Source: Chiloscyllium plagiosum (Eukaryota). Taken from it: a DNA stretch of 64,000 nt. The notes under the pieces are model-generated. The model was not told the DNA's origin, ran no database searches, and worked only from the letters and a program-made list of their open reading frames with translations. A program made the position numbers and the translations under genes. The stretch is from the NCBI RefSeq assembly GCF_004010195.1, contig NC_057718.1:64653123-64717122 (forward strand), given 5' to 3'. Of this stretch, positions 51,790-64,000 are shown piece after piece (within the stretch, counting starts at the first letter, position 1; each line of letters opens with the position of its first letter).

Positions 51790-52440
51790 ATTTTATTTAA
51801 AACCCAGCTGTGTTCCATTTTAAATGCTGTGAGCCCTTTACTGTGTTTGGCTGCACCAATCCAAAAGACAGCTAAGAGAGGAACATCAGTACTCCACTTT
51901 GTCAACAGAGACTTGGAGGTCCTACTGGATGGGATGATAGGGAGAAAGGCTGCTTTCTTTCCCCAGGACTGACAAAGGAGATCATAGTACCAATGCCACC
52001 AGCCTGGTCTGAAGTAGGCACCCAGGTCAGTGTAGTGTCCATGTTCTGGAGGAACGTACAGCAATTCTGTCAGCAGATTAATAACTTTCTGCAGTCCATA
52101 GGGTGACTGTCAATCTCCCTTCAATCTTGCACTCACTCTTATTCTGCCACTAAGAAAATCTCCGACTGCACCTCACAGTCTACCACCCTCATTATTACAT
52201 GCAGCATTTTCCATCACCCACTCTCACCAACGTCATTCACCAAACCATTAAGCCTTCCTGCCCTTTACCCTTCCTGCTCACTCATTGGGAACATCTCACC
52301 ACCTTTCCTGTATCACACCACCAATAACATCTTTTCCAACCATTTCCATCTCACTCAAAAACCCTCTTTTTCTTATTGCAGGAGGAAACAATAATGCTGA
52401 AGGGCCATGACAGGTGGCAAGGTGGCTAAGGAGAGTATTC
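51790..52440 (+). mobile_element. possible Myb/SANT-like (Harbinger-associated) gene remnant
   Basis: FVNRDLEVLLDGMIGRKAAFFPQD resembles a Myb-like N-terminus. ttattgcag acceptor at ~52381 is followed by a degenerate TGG-like motif. Confidence 0.4.
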
Positions 52441-52874
52441 TTGAAATTGTAGAGAACTACGGCCACTCATGTGGTGTTGCTGTTATCTTTTATTACAGAA
52501 CTGGAAAGTGAAGAAAGAACAGCAAACATGCTGCATTTGAATTTGGTATGAAATAAGATCTGCTTATCTTTGGATCAGCAACTAATCTATAGTCACCGAG
52601 TGATATGTTTACTCAACTCTAATCTCTAAGAAGTGTGGTGTCGATTGAGTCCTGTCTGGCTTGATGAACTCAAAGTTACATCACTCGATAATGGTGTAAA
52701 TAATGTTCCTTCTGCTGTTTTTCCTCAGAAGACTACTGCTGCTGCCCCAGATCTTCAGCATCCATCACATTCCCTCTTTGTCTGTTTCAGTTATGCAGAG
52801 CACAGCTCCCTAGGATTATTCTGCCCACTCTGTCTGAATTTTACTATGTGGCTTCTCCATATATTCAAGTAAGT

Positions 52875-54047
52875 GAATACTATCTCCGGTAACTGACCCA
52901 ACACAGACATCTATTTCAAACCCACTGACTCACACAGCTACCTTAACTACACCTCCTCCCACCCCCGCCTCATGTTTAAAAAAAAGTGATCACTTACTCC
53001 CAATTCCTCTGCCTCTGCCTCTGCCTCTGCCATATCTGCTCCCAGGTGCAGCAACTCCACTCCAGGACATCCCAGATCATCAATAATGCCCTCCATCACA
53101 TCTCTTCCACTTCCTGCATCTCCATCTCCATCCCCCCAACTGCAACAAGGACACAACACCCCTGGTCCTCACATTCCACCTCAACGCATTATCCTCCACC
53201 ATTTTTGCCAACTACAATCAGACCCCATCACCAAAAACATATTTCCCTCCCCACCCTTATCTGTATTCCGCTAAGACCATTCCTTCTGCGACTCCTTCGT
53301 TCGGTCCAAATTCCTCACCCAGCACCTTGCCCTGCCACCACACAAGGTGCAAAACCTATGCCCACACATCCCCCTTCACCTCCATCCAAGACCATAGAGA
53401 GTCATTTCAACTCTGGCAGAAATTTTCCTGCACATCCTCTCATCTTATTTACTGCATCCGTTGCTCTCAATGTGGTATCCTCTACATCAGCCAACTCATG
53501 GAGCGATTCAGGGAACATCTCTGATCTGCATGCACCAAACAACCCCATCGCCATGTAGCCAACCACTTCAACTCCCCCTCACATTCCCCCAAGGACATGC
53601 AAATCCTGGCCCTCTTCCGCTGCCAATCAGTCACCCACCAAGTGGAGGAAGTATGCCTCATCTTCTGCCTTGGGACCCTTCAACCACTTGGCATCAATAT
53701 TGACTTCACCAGTTTCCAAATCTCCCCACCCCTCATGTCATCCCAGATCCAACCTTCCCACTCAACACCAGCCTCTTGACCTACCCTACCTATCCATCTT
53801 CATTCTAACCTATGCACTCCACCCTCCCCATTGATCTGCCATAATCACCTCCCACTTGCATCCACGTACTGTCATCCCATCTGCCTCCTATTTATCTCTC
53901 AGCCCCCTTCTTCCTTCACATTACTCATGAGGGCTTATGCCCGAAATGTCATATCTCCCGTTCCTCGGATACTGCCAGACCTGTGCTTTTTTCAGTGCCA
54001 CACTTTTTGACCCTGACACTCCAGCATCTGCAGTTATCATTTTCTCC
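52875..54047 (+). mobile_element. Penelope (Neptune-type) fragment: RT end, Cys linker, GIY-YIG, terminal repeat
   Basis: TDIYFKPTDSHSYL, CHHTRCKT, LIYCIRCSQCGILYI, EEVCLIFCLGTLQPLGINIDF. Confidence 0.9.
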
Positions 54048-54544
54048 TACTATCTTTAGGAGGCTTATTATCTACTCCTTGATGGCTCTAATGGAAGAAG
54101 AATGGACTGTACCGTATCTGTGCCTGGCCTCAGTAAAGAGATTACATAACAGAGTCATCAACTATGATTGAAGAGGGTAGCCCTTATCTCCGAGCATCCA
54201 TCTTTGTAACGCATCCAGCTCTTAGAATAAAACAGTAGCCTGAAAATTATCAACATATCGGTATCATGGCTGCTTCCAGACTACCTAGTACAGATTTCGA
54301 AAATGTAATAATGATGATCACAGATCATTTGGACATTGAAAAGGTAGAGGCCTTTTCCATTAATGAGTTCAGTCATATTATGGAATGGTGTTTTTTAATG
54401 TGGCAAGTATACAACCTCATACCTGGGGATATCAGTTATTTTGATAAAAAGCATTGCACTGGTTGCATCACTGATCTTGTCATAGGGAAACAAGATGGAA
54501 TGGTATGATCTGGCACAGATATAATCAATGATAGCTTTCATACA

Positions 54545-55138
54545 TGTTATGGACCAAGCCAGACCCCCTCAAATCATTTCAAGAAGATAGCCCAGATTCT
54601 AACTTTTTTAGTTGTTTTAAGCAGGTGTAGAGTGGATATTCCAGAAGAGATGCAGCTGACCCAACCACTTAGTTTTAAACAAAACAGAATTTATTTGCAA
54701 AGTTACTGAATGAAACACCGATAAAGGTGAACAGAATATAGAATAACTTAACTATTTAAAAACCCAATTAATCCTATTGAAACTTCATGATACTGTTCTA
54801 AATACTTGTAACAGTCCCCATAAATACCCCCTTGGCAAAAAGGTAAAATGTTCTTACATAAGAGATGTCAGTGAGAAAGAGGATCAGCATAGAACTGCTT
54901 CTTTGACCAGCAGCCTCAAAACTGACTGCTTGCTAAAACAAAACTGGAGAAAAGCTGAGCTGGGAGAACTGGCCACTCCCCTTTCATTTTCAAGTTTCTT
55001 TTGTCTGAGACAGTGTCTGTTAGCTATAATCAAATTGGCCCTAAAACCCATACATACTTCGGAACTTCTGTCTTTACGATCCCATTGAAAAACAGACCAA
55101 AGACAACATAACTTTCTTAAAGGAGCAGCATTGTCACA
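54545..55138 (-). mobile_element. LTR of a Gypsy element (same family as 28548-29177)
   Basis: TGTTAT...GTCACA termini, adjacent to the internal pol region. Confidence 0.85.
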
Positions 55139-56900
55139 CCTGCCCACTTAGAAAAGAACCATCAATATATAAAGATGGCTTCATTTAAAAACCCTTAGTG
55201 TTACACTGTTAGTACACTACAACACCCATATACATTACATTGACTATAAACATACAAACATGTGCTACTAGATTCTATTTCAGTCCGTTTACTTCTGCCA
55301 CCGAACACCTTCATTTCTCATCCAGCTGCAATCATGTTTTCTTGTCCTGCCACATGCACAATTTTCAAATTGAATGGCTGTAACAACAAACTCTATCTAG
55401 ACAGTCTGGAATTTTTGTCCTTAAATTTCTCCACAAACATCACTCGGTTATGATCAGTTTATATGATTGTCAGATACATTTCTGGTAACATAAACATTGA
55501 AATATTTTAATGCCAACACCAAGCTCAAAGTCTCCTTCTCAACTGTCAAATATTTCTGCTGATGGATGTTTGATTTCCTGAAGAAATATCCGATGGGTCT
55601 TTCTATCGTCTTCCTGTAAGAGCACAACACCAACAGCCACATCACTTGCACCTTGAGTGGCTTTGCATAATTAGATGTGGCTAACCTTGGGGCAGTGTTT
55701 AACACAGCTTTCAGACTGTCAAATGCCTTCTGACAGTCTGCTGTCCACAGAAAACTCTTGCCTTTCTTTAGTAATTCAGTTAGTGAAACAGCCAGACTGC
55801 TAAAATTTGATATGAATATTTGATAAAACTCACTCAATATCAAAAATCATAATACTGCTCTTTTTTGATGATGGTATAGGAAACTTCCCAAATACCTTTG
55901 TTTTTGCATTCCATGAGGCCATTTGTCAATGTCAAATAACATGGCCCAGGAAGGTGACCTGGACTTTGGCAAATTTACTTTTATCACCAAGCCTGCCTCC
56001 CAAAGTCGATCGAATAATTCTGATAAATGTTGCAAATGTCCCTTCCATGTGTGACTAAAAATCACCAGGTCATCTATCTATATCTATGACAGAATTCGGT
56101 AATCCGGAAATGACTTTATCGGTTAGTCTCTGAATTGTGGCTCGCACCATGTTGAAACCCTCTCTCTTCATGCTTTCAAACCTGGTGAGTTTCTCAAATA
56201 ATTTCTGCTTTTGTTTGTGAAAATAAAATCAAGTTTTAAATTCTAATTTTGCTTTTCTTTTCAACTTTATTTTCTCTCTCAATTGCCTTATTTCTATATT
56301 CAGAAAATAATTGTTTTTTTATTCACTTTCTTTATGTTGTCCATACTCTAACTCACATCAAACCCCAATATCTGAAGTTTGTGGATCTACAATGGCTCCT
56401 GTTTCAGCAAAGCTTTAGTTTTAAAACCCTCATAGTTTACATCCCTCCAGGACCTCACTCTTCCTTATTTCTTTCAATTTTGATATGGCCATATACTACA
56501 AGTTCTGCCTTCTTGACATTTCTGATTGAAATCCTTCCATCATCTGTGTCTTTGGCTGCCTATGTACTAATCTCTAGAATTTGCTCCCTAACTGTCTGTG
56601 CTCCAGTCCCTCTTTTTCATTCTTTACTGGAATAAAACCCTACTGCTTTTAACCAAAAATGTAGTTAACTAGTCTAAACTTCCCTTGTGTGATATCAGTG
56701 ACAAAGGTTGTTTGCTAACGCACATGAGACATTTCAGTACAAATTGTAATCCCACCATACTGTTCTGTAAAATCTTCCTTCCAGTCTGGTTTGACACCAT
56801 CACCTTGATAACTTGTTATGATCTCTCTAACTTAATTAGTTTGTACAGTTTTGGACTACTTGTTACTTTGGTTAGACCCTCCGTATGCAACTCTTATATC
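55139..56900 (-). mobile_element. Gypsy internal region remnant (RT/RNase H)
   Basis: IFSHTWKGHLQHL, WTADCQKAFDSLKAVL, RPIGYF, YLTVEKETLSLVLAL. Confidence 0.85.
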
Positions 56901-57164
56901 TAACATGTTATTTCAGTCGTTGGTTTGTTTCCAATACCATCTTTTTTTTTTAGCTTTTTGTAATTATCTCTTTGCCTCAATTAATCAGATTATGGGCCAT
57001 CCCTACAGATGTTATTCAGCTGTTGATACTTTACTCACACCTTCTGACACTCTTGATCATCTGCAGAAACCTGTTATTTGGCCTGTTGACACCCCACTCA
57101 CACCATTTGTATGATCTTTTCATCTCTCTGATTATAAAGTCTGTGCTTGGATGCTGTCTTCACT

Positions 57165-57201
57165 TCATCTGATGAAGGGGCACCGCTTCGAAAGCTTGTG
57201 A
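57165..57201 (+). ncRNA. minimal hammerhead motif in a third Penelope-terminus variant
   Basis: TCAT-CTGATGA-A-GGGGC-ACC-GCTTC-GAAA-G-CTT-GTGA, with palindromic AAGCTT in place of stem III. Confidence 0.72.
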
Positions 57202-58342
57202 TTTCAAATAAACCTATTGGACTATAATCTGGTGCAATGTTCCTTTTGACCTTGTCCACCCCAATCAAACACTGGCACCTCCACATCACTACAATAACAG
57301 TGTTATCCAAAAGTAAGTTCTTGTCATTGTCCTCTGTTTCTTTGTCAATCCTTAATGCAGAGTCATCTGGACTTGAAATGTTGCCTTGCTTTCTCTCCAT
57401 GAATGCTGCTTGACCTGCTGTGGTCTCCAAGATTTTTGTTTTCAGCTTAAATCTCGTGGGTTAAGGAGTTATCTTGTTAGCCCGTTCAGTCATACTGATG
57501 CAAATGCTGTCATTGTTCTATTATTAGCTTGTGCTTCTAGTGAGAGATTGTCAGAATTACTTTTTAAATTGAAGTGTGCAGGAACATAATCTATCAATGT
57601 GAGATGCTCTGGTACAACTAGATTTGACATATTAATTTGTGAGACAATGGGGTCTGCAGATGCTGGAGAAATCAGAGTTGATGAAGCATAGCGATGGAAA
57701 AGACACAGGTCAAGCAGCATCCGAGGGACAAGAGAGTGAACGTTTCAGGGAGGACCTGCTTCGTTATGGACCCGAGGTTGTGAAATTTACTGCCCTCCTC
57801 CTTTGATATATCAATTTACATCACTGCAAGTAATAGAAGATTCTTACACAAGGATGGCAATGTTTTGATCTCACCATTGTTAAAATGGTACTTGACGACA
57901 AAGCTTTGAGATTATACTTGTAATGTCACTTCCAGTCACTCAATAGGTTTACTGCCTTGTACTTAGTTCCTGGTATTGGCTACCCTTTACAATATACAGT
58001 ACATAAGGAACCAACTTAGACTCAAACCATAAAGCAGAGTACTTTTAACACTCTGGTTTATGCTGGTTTGACCAAGTGATTTGACACACTGATCCTACAA
58101 TAAACAACCTGTTGCTGCCTCATTCCTGCACTTCCATAGTAAAATCCCTGTATGATAGATTCCAAACAATTATGAGAAATACAAATCGCTGGTCCTAATT
58201 AGTTGATTTTTTTAATTGCATTATCCGCATTGGTTAGCAGGCATTTAATTTCAAAGGAAATGTATAGCTTTGATACCAACTATAAAGATCATAGTTTAAC
58301 AACTTTTGACTGGTGTCAAAATGGCTCCGTTTAATTTTACAG

Positions 58343-58429
58343 GCTGACAGGAAAGGTGATGACATACATTTGCACGACAATGTGGCATGAAACTGCGGAA
58401 GAAATGATACAAATATCTTCATTGTTCAG
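58343..58429 (+). CDS. chs: chitin synthase copy B exon (LTGKVMTYICTTMWHETAEEMIQISSLFR); functional status unknown
   Basis: ttttacag acceptor and AG|GTAAGC donor, 87 nt, open. Matches the IY.CATMWHET..EM...S.FR motif at the start of the catalytic domain. Confidence 0.85.
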
Positions 58430-58575
58430 GTAAGCTTATTGGAATATGGGTCTCTAGGAGTTCTACCTATAATAATGTTTATATGGGCAGCTCAGGAATA
58501 AGCCAAAGCAACCACCACTTGCAATATATTTTTAGTTAAAAATCACAAATCTGGTGTTGCGTGATTTGTAACTTT

Positions 58576-58802
58576 GGAGAAAGTGAGGACTGCAGATGCT
58601 GGAGATCAGAATCAAGACTGTGGTGCTGGAAGAGCACAGCAGATCAGGCAGCAGCAGAGGAGCAGGAGAATCGACGTTTTGGTGTCAGCCATTCATCTGG
58701 AACTGTGAATCCCAATGAAAGTCTTATGCCCGAAACGTCGACTCTCCTGCTCCTCAGATATTCCTGACCTGCTGTGCTTTGCCAGCACCCCACTCTCAAC
58801 TC
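58576..58802. mobile_element. palindromic Penelope-terminus insertion (older)
   Basis: TSD TGATTT(G/T)TAACTTT at 58562-58575 and 58803-58816. Confidence 0.8.
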
Positions 58803-59939
58803 TGATTTTTAACTTTGTCCACCCCAGTTCAACACAGGCACCTCCACAACTTATTTTAGTCAAATTAAAGCACTTCAGTTTTTTTTGTTACGAGATAATT
58901 TTTGTAAACGTTTGTTTACTTCTAATCGATTTTAATTCCTTCTTGACCCAGGAGATTAGCGTTTCCTCTCATTTTCTTACCTGCTGTACGAGCCTCTCGG
59001 GTCTGTGCTCAGCAGTGATTTTCAGTGTCAATGTTGTGGTCACCAGCCAATTATAATAACCATAGCTTCAAAACAGCATGCACAGCCATTCGTCTTGCAG
59101 GGAACCTTTGTAGGAGATGGTAATATACTGTTTTCTTTTTAAACTTTATTCATGGATGTGGGGCATTGACAGCAAGATCAGTAATATGTGCCCCATCTTT
59201 AATTATCCTTGAAAAATTGGCAGTGAGTTGCCCCCTTGAACAGCTGCAGGCTATGTGATGAGATAGCTCCGAATGTGCTTCTTGGAAGGGAGCTCTGTAA
59301 TGTGACTCACTGAAAGTGAAGGATCAGCGATACATTTCCAAGTGAGGCTGATGTGTGACTTGGAGAGCAACTTGAACATGGTGGTTTTCTTCCTCCGGGT
59401 TATGAAAATCATGAGGTGCTGCAGAATGAGCCTTGGTGTATCATTACTGTGCACCTTGTGAATGATAACCACTGAAAAGATGCAATGACAATGTTGGATG
59501 ACATGCTAGTTACATGCATTGCTTTCTTCCATACGGTATAGAGTTATATTCATTCAGGCAAGTGTAGCTGTGGGATTGTGCCTTGTAGATTGTGGATAGG
59601 TTTTGGTGAGACAGGAGGTAAGTTACTCGCCACAGAATTCTTGTAACTATTCTAGTTATGTGACTGGTCGGGTTAGGTTGAGTTAATGACAAGCCTCCAG
59701 AAAGATGATAATAGTAGTTTCAGTGACAGAGAGCAATTACATGTCATGAGAAGATCATTCTCCCTTGTTGAAGATGGTATTGTCTTGCATTTGTCTGCTG
59801 ACATTGCTATGTGTATGTAATCATCAGTGAACATCCCGATTTCTGCTCTTATGAGGGAAGAAAAGTCATTGATGAAGCAGCTCATGATGGTTGCTCTGAG
59901 AACACTACCTTGAGGAATTCTTGTAGAGATGGCTTTTGA

Positions 59940-60362
59940 AGGATGTTGTGAAACTTGAAAGGGTTCAGAAAAGTTTTACAAAGATGTTGCCAGGGTTGGA
60001 GGATTTGAGCTATAGAGAGAGGTTGAATAGGCTGGAGTATTGGAGACTGAGGGGTGACCCTCTATGGATAGGATAAATAGACAAGGGGTAGAGGAGTCTA
60101 GAACTAGAGGGGATAGGTTTAGGGTGAGGGGGAAAGATTTAGAAGGGACATAAGGGGCAAAGTTTTCACAGTGGGTGGTGTGTGTATGGAATGAGGTGGA
60201 GGCTGGTATAATTACAGCATAGGAAGAATTTGAACCAAGGATAGAGGGATTATGGGCCAAATTCTGGGAACTGGGATTACATTAATTTAGGATATCTCAT
60301 CAGCATGGATGTGTTTGACAAAGGGTCTGTTTCTGTGCTGTACATCTCTATGACTCTATGAC
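59940..60362 (+). mobile_element. CR1 3' end, internally deleted
   Basis: KLERVQK and a (tctatga)n tail. Confidence 0.8.
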
Positions 60363-62629
60363 TGAGATGATTGACATCAACAACCACAAATCATCTGCCT
60401 TAAGGTTAGATATGACTCTGGCTGGTGGAGAGTTATATCCTGATCTCCATTGATTTCAATTTTACTAGAGTTCTTTGATGTCACATTGCATCAAATACTG
60501 CCACATTATCAAGGACAATCTCTCTCACTTCACATTTGGAATTAGGCTCTTTGGCCTGCGTTTGAACCTAGACTATAATGGGGTCTGGAACAAAGTTGTC
60601 GTGGTTGTACACAAACTCACATTTGGTCTGCAGGTTATTTGATGAGTAAGTGCTATATTAGAAATGATATCTCTCATCACTTATCTGCTGATAAGAGTAG
60701 ATTGATGGGGTTGTAAATAGCTGGATTATATTTAACCTGATTTTTGTGAACAATCTATATTTGTATGCAACTCTACCATGATACTGATGTAACAGTTTTG
60801 GGTGTGACCTGTTCTGGAAGCAACTGCATTACAGATGAGATCCATACATTTTGCTCTATTCATTGCCTTCAATTGCTTTTTGATGTATCATGGAGAAAAT
60901 GAAAATTGCCTAAAGATGGCATCCATGATATTGAGATCTCCGGAAAAGGCTGAGATGGATCATCCATTGACACTTCTGGCTTAATACTGATTCTAACTTT
61001 CCAGTCTTTTGCACTGACATGCTGGTTACAACATAATTTAGTATGGGGATTTTTGTGCAGTTTTATATTGTCCAACATTTTTGACTGGTAGTTATGGTAG
61101 TTCAGTGGAGTTTTGAATTGTTCCATTAGCTATCTAGAGCATGATGCTTCTACTGTTTATCTTGTGTATAGTTGTATGGTTGTAGGCTTGTCAGACATAT
61201 ACCTAATTTTCAGGCTTACCTAGTGCTGTTTAGGACTTGCTGGCCTATATTCAACACTTGAACATTATGGTACAGTTAGGCTTAGGTGATTGATTGTAGT
61301 ATACATAATAAGTCTGATCTCTGCTATTAATGTTACAATATTTATCAAAGCTTATGTGCTTTCAAGCTATTACAACTTTAAAAGAGTCTGGGTTATAATA
61401 ATCAGATAATTTGCTGCTGTGCTGCTGTTTTTAACATAGTGGAATGCTATCCACTATTGATGTTTTCTACAAAAATACATTTTAATGGAGGGAACTTCAT
61501 AAGAACGTTAATTGCTTTTCTACATTGCAAAGTGGGTGAATGAGCATGAGTGACTACAAGGATGAATGTGGGCATAAGTGAGATGGAAAGCATAAGAACT
61601 GAAGGGATGTGAGATAAGACAGCTGCAGACCATTTCTATTTCTAATGACATTGTTCCATAATCTCAAGCACTAAAGAAGGCTTTTTATACAGCCTGTCTT
61701 GCTATCCAGCTACCGATATGGCTTCCACCAAATGCTTTCCAGGTCCTGCCAAGACTATTGCCTATACCCATGCCCAGCACTCAAGACTGTGCCTCCAGAG
61801 CTGGTATTTTCTGAGGCAGGTGCATAAAACTAAGAATTTTCAATCTTTCCACTATCTACCCTGAGGGTGAAATTCTGGTCCCAGATCTTGAAAAGTTCTG
61901 TTTTTTCTGTCTTCTTCTTTCTGAACAGAAAACTGAAACAGGAGAATCCTGCTGTCACAGTTTATTTCCCTACTTTGCACACACAGTAGAGTCTCTTCCT
62001 CTCTCTTGGCCTAGGTCAATCTACATGCCTAGTAGAAATAAAGGCAGTCACCTTTTTTTCTTTATTTCTAGGTAATAAAAAAAAATATCTTGTTTTCAGT
62101 AGGTATTGATCTGAGCCCCTTGTCTCCCTGGTATCCAGATCACAAGGACTTATGGGTATAAATAGTAGAAGGTCACAGTTCCTCTCTGCTAATGCATTTT
62201 ACTGTGATTTAGATGAACCAGTTTAAAGTATAGCCAACTTATACTGCCTTATATTTGTAACAAGTGGTGAAGAAGATATGTGGGAGACATCCAATTATGA
62301 ACTAAGACATAAATGTATGATAGAGATTATGCTAGATGCATGTAAAAGGTATAGAAGGCTAAAGCTGGAGTGTACACAATTCTGGTTATTGCATGACAAA
62401 TAGGATGTGGTTACACTCGAGAGTACAGAGCAGATTTAGAAGGATGTTGCACCAAACTGAAGATTTCAGTGATGAGGAAAGATCAGATAGGTTGGGTTTC
62501 ATTTCTTAGGACAGAGGAAGCCAACTCAACTTAGGTATGAAAAATTATGAAAGGCCCAGTTAGAATTGAGGGAAGAACTATTTCAACTCAATACAGTTTG
62601 ATAGCTAGGAGGCAAAGATTTTAAGTAAT

Positions 62630-63960
62630 TAGAGTCATAGATAGAGTCACTAAGATGTACAGCACAGAAACAGACCCTTCGGTCCAACTTGTCCATGCCG
62701 ACCAGATATCCCAACCCAATCTAGTCCCACCTGCCAGCACCCGGCCCATATCCCTCCAAACCCTTCCTATTCATATATCCACCAAAATGCCTCTTAAATA
62801 TTGCAATTGTACCAGCCTCCACCACTTCCTCTGGCAGTTCATTCCACACATGTACCACCTTCTGCGTGAAAACGTTGCCCCTTAGGTCTCTTTTATATCT
62901 TTTCCCTCTCACCCTAAACCTATGCCCTCTAGCTCTGGACTCCCCCACCCCAGGGAAAAGACTTTGTCTATTTATCCTATCCATGCCCCTCATGATTTTG
63001 TAAACCTTTATAAGGTCATCCCTCAGCCTCTGACACTCCAGGGAAAACAGCCCCAGCCTATTCAACTTCTCCATATAGCTCAAATCCTCCAACCCTGGCA
63101 ACATCCTTCTAAATCTTTTCTGAACCCTTCAAGTTTCTCAACATCTTTCCGATAGGAAGGAGACCAGAATTGCATGCAATATTCCAACAGTGGCCTAACC
63201 ATGTTCTGTACAACCGCAACATGACTTCCTAACTCCTGTACTCAATACTCTGACCAATAAAGGAAAGCATGCCAAACGCCTTCTTCACTATCCTATCTAC
63301 TTGCTACTCCACTTCAAGGAGCTATGAACCTGCACTCCAAGGTCTCTTTGTTCAGCAACACTCCCTAGGACCTTACCATTAAGTGTATGAGTCCTGCTAA
63401 GATTTGCTTTCCCAAAATGTAGCACCTCACAGTTATCTAAATTAAAGTCCATCTGCCACTTCTCAGCCCATTGGCCCATTTGATCAAGATCCTGTTGTAA
63501 TCTGAGATAAACTTCTTCCCTGTCCACTACACCTCCAATTTGGTGTCATCTGCAAACTTACCAACTATATACCTCTTATGTTCACATCCAAATCATTTAT
63601 GTAAATGATGAAAAGTAGTGGACCCAGCACCGATCCTTGTGGGACTCCACTGGTCACAGACTTCCAATCTGAAAAACAACCCTCCACCACCACCCTCTGT
63701 CTTCTATCTTTGAGCCAGTTCTGTATCCAAATGGTTAGTTCTCCCTGTATTCCATGAGATCTAACCTTGCCAACTGGTCTCCCATGGGGAACCTTGTTGA
63801 ATGCCTTATTGAAGTCCACATAGATCATGTCCACCATTCTGCCCTCATCAATCCCGTTACTTCTTCAAAAAACTCAATCAAGTATTGTAGGACATGATTT
63901 CCCACGCACAAAGCCATATTGACTATCCCTAATCAGTCCTTGCCTTTCCTAATACATGTG
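62630..63960 (-). mobile_element. CR1 LINE RT plus 3' UTR
   Basis: [65 protein letters not shown]. Confidence 0.93.
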
Positions 63961-64000
63961 CACCCTCATTATCCTTTTGTCCCTGAATGTATTTGTAAAA

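Larger units (their letters stand above)
50200..58060 (+). pseudogene. possible degenerate N-terminal exon remnants of chitin synthase copy B, split by TE insertions
   Basis: Weak motifs in the order I recall for fish chitin synthases: VCALAP..PFRKKTFSIL with GTAAGT donor at 50329; LLIFGSA..NGVNNVPSAVFPQ (~52560-52730); SSLKII (~54235); LVLATLY..QS..NT (~57970-58050). Stops and frameshifts are present. Confidence 0.35.

Noticed and set aside
364..58816. Palindromic elements as DNA-transposon MITEs or CRISPR-like repeats
   Set aside because: They have an asymmetric tail, long variable TSDs and identity with termini of RT/GIY-YIG Penelope fragments in this window. There is no repeat-spacer array.
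61300..61500. Possible next exon of chitin synthase copy B (FE.HIYFDDAF-like)
   Set aside because: Only a vague VECY..DVF resemblance, with stops and no convincing splice pair.

Overview
Repeat-rich vertebrate genomic DNA. The repeat content (HE1/V-SINE-like SINEs, CR1 LINEs, Penelope elements, Gypsy LTRs) points to a cartilaginous fish, probably a shark; this is an inference. Most six-frame ORFs are transposon debris or spurious. (1) Five phase-compatible GT-AG exons at 3054-10500 (+) splice into the C-terminal region of a metazoan chitin synthase (..FWNDLIELYLKPIEEDKAKQAEIAKELKSLRNKATFLFFIINTLW..EPLSFMFLLSFAGLLGIQFLTMLYHRITTLTHFIAY..). (2) A second chitin synthase copy on the same strand lies downstream. 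It has a clear CTTMWHET exon at 58343-58429, preceded by weak, collinear, degenerate N-terminal remnants, so it may be a decaying tandem paralogue. (3) Eleven short Penelope-terminus insertions are flanked by 11-16 bp target-site duplications. Most are fold-back palindromes, and several carry minimal hammerhead ribozyme cores (CUGANGA..GAAA..NUH) whose stems covary between subfamilies. (4) A four-level nested transposon stack lies at 40.8-44.3 kb. All calls were made by eye; no database searches were run.
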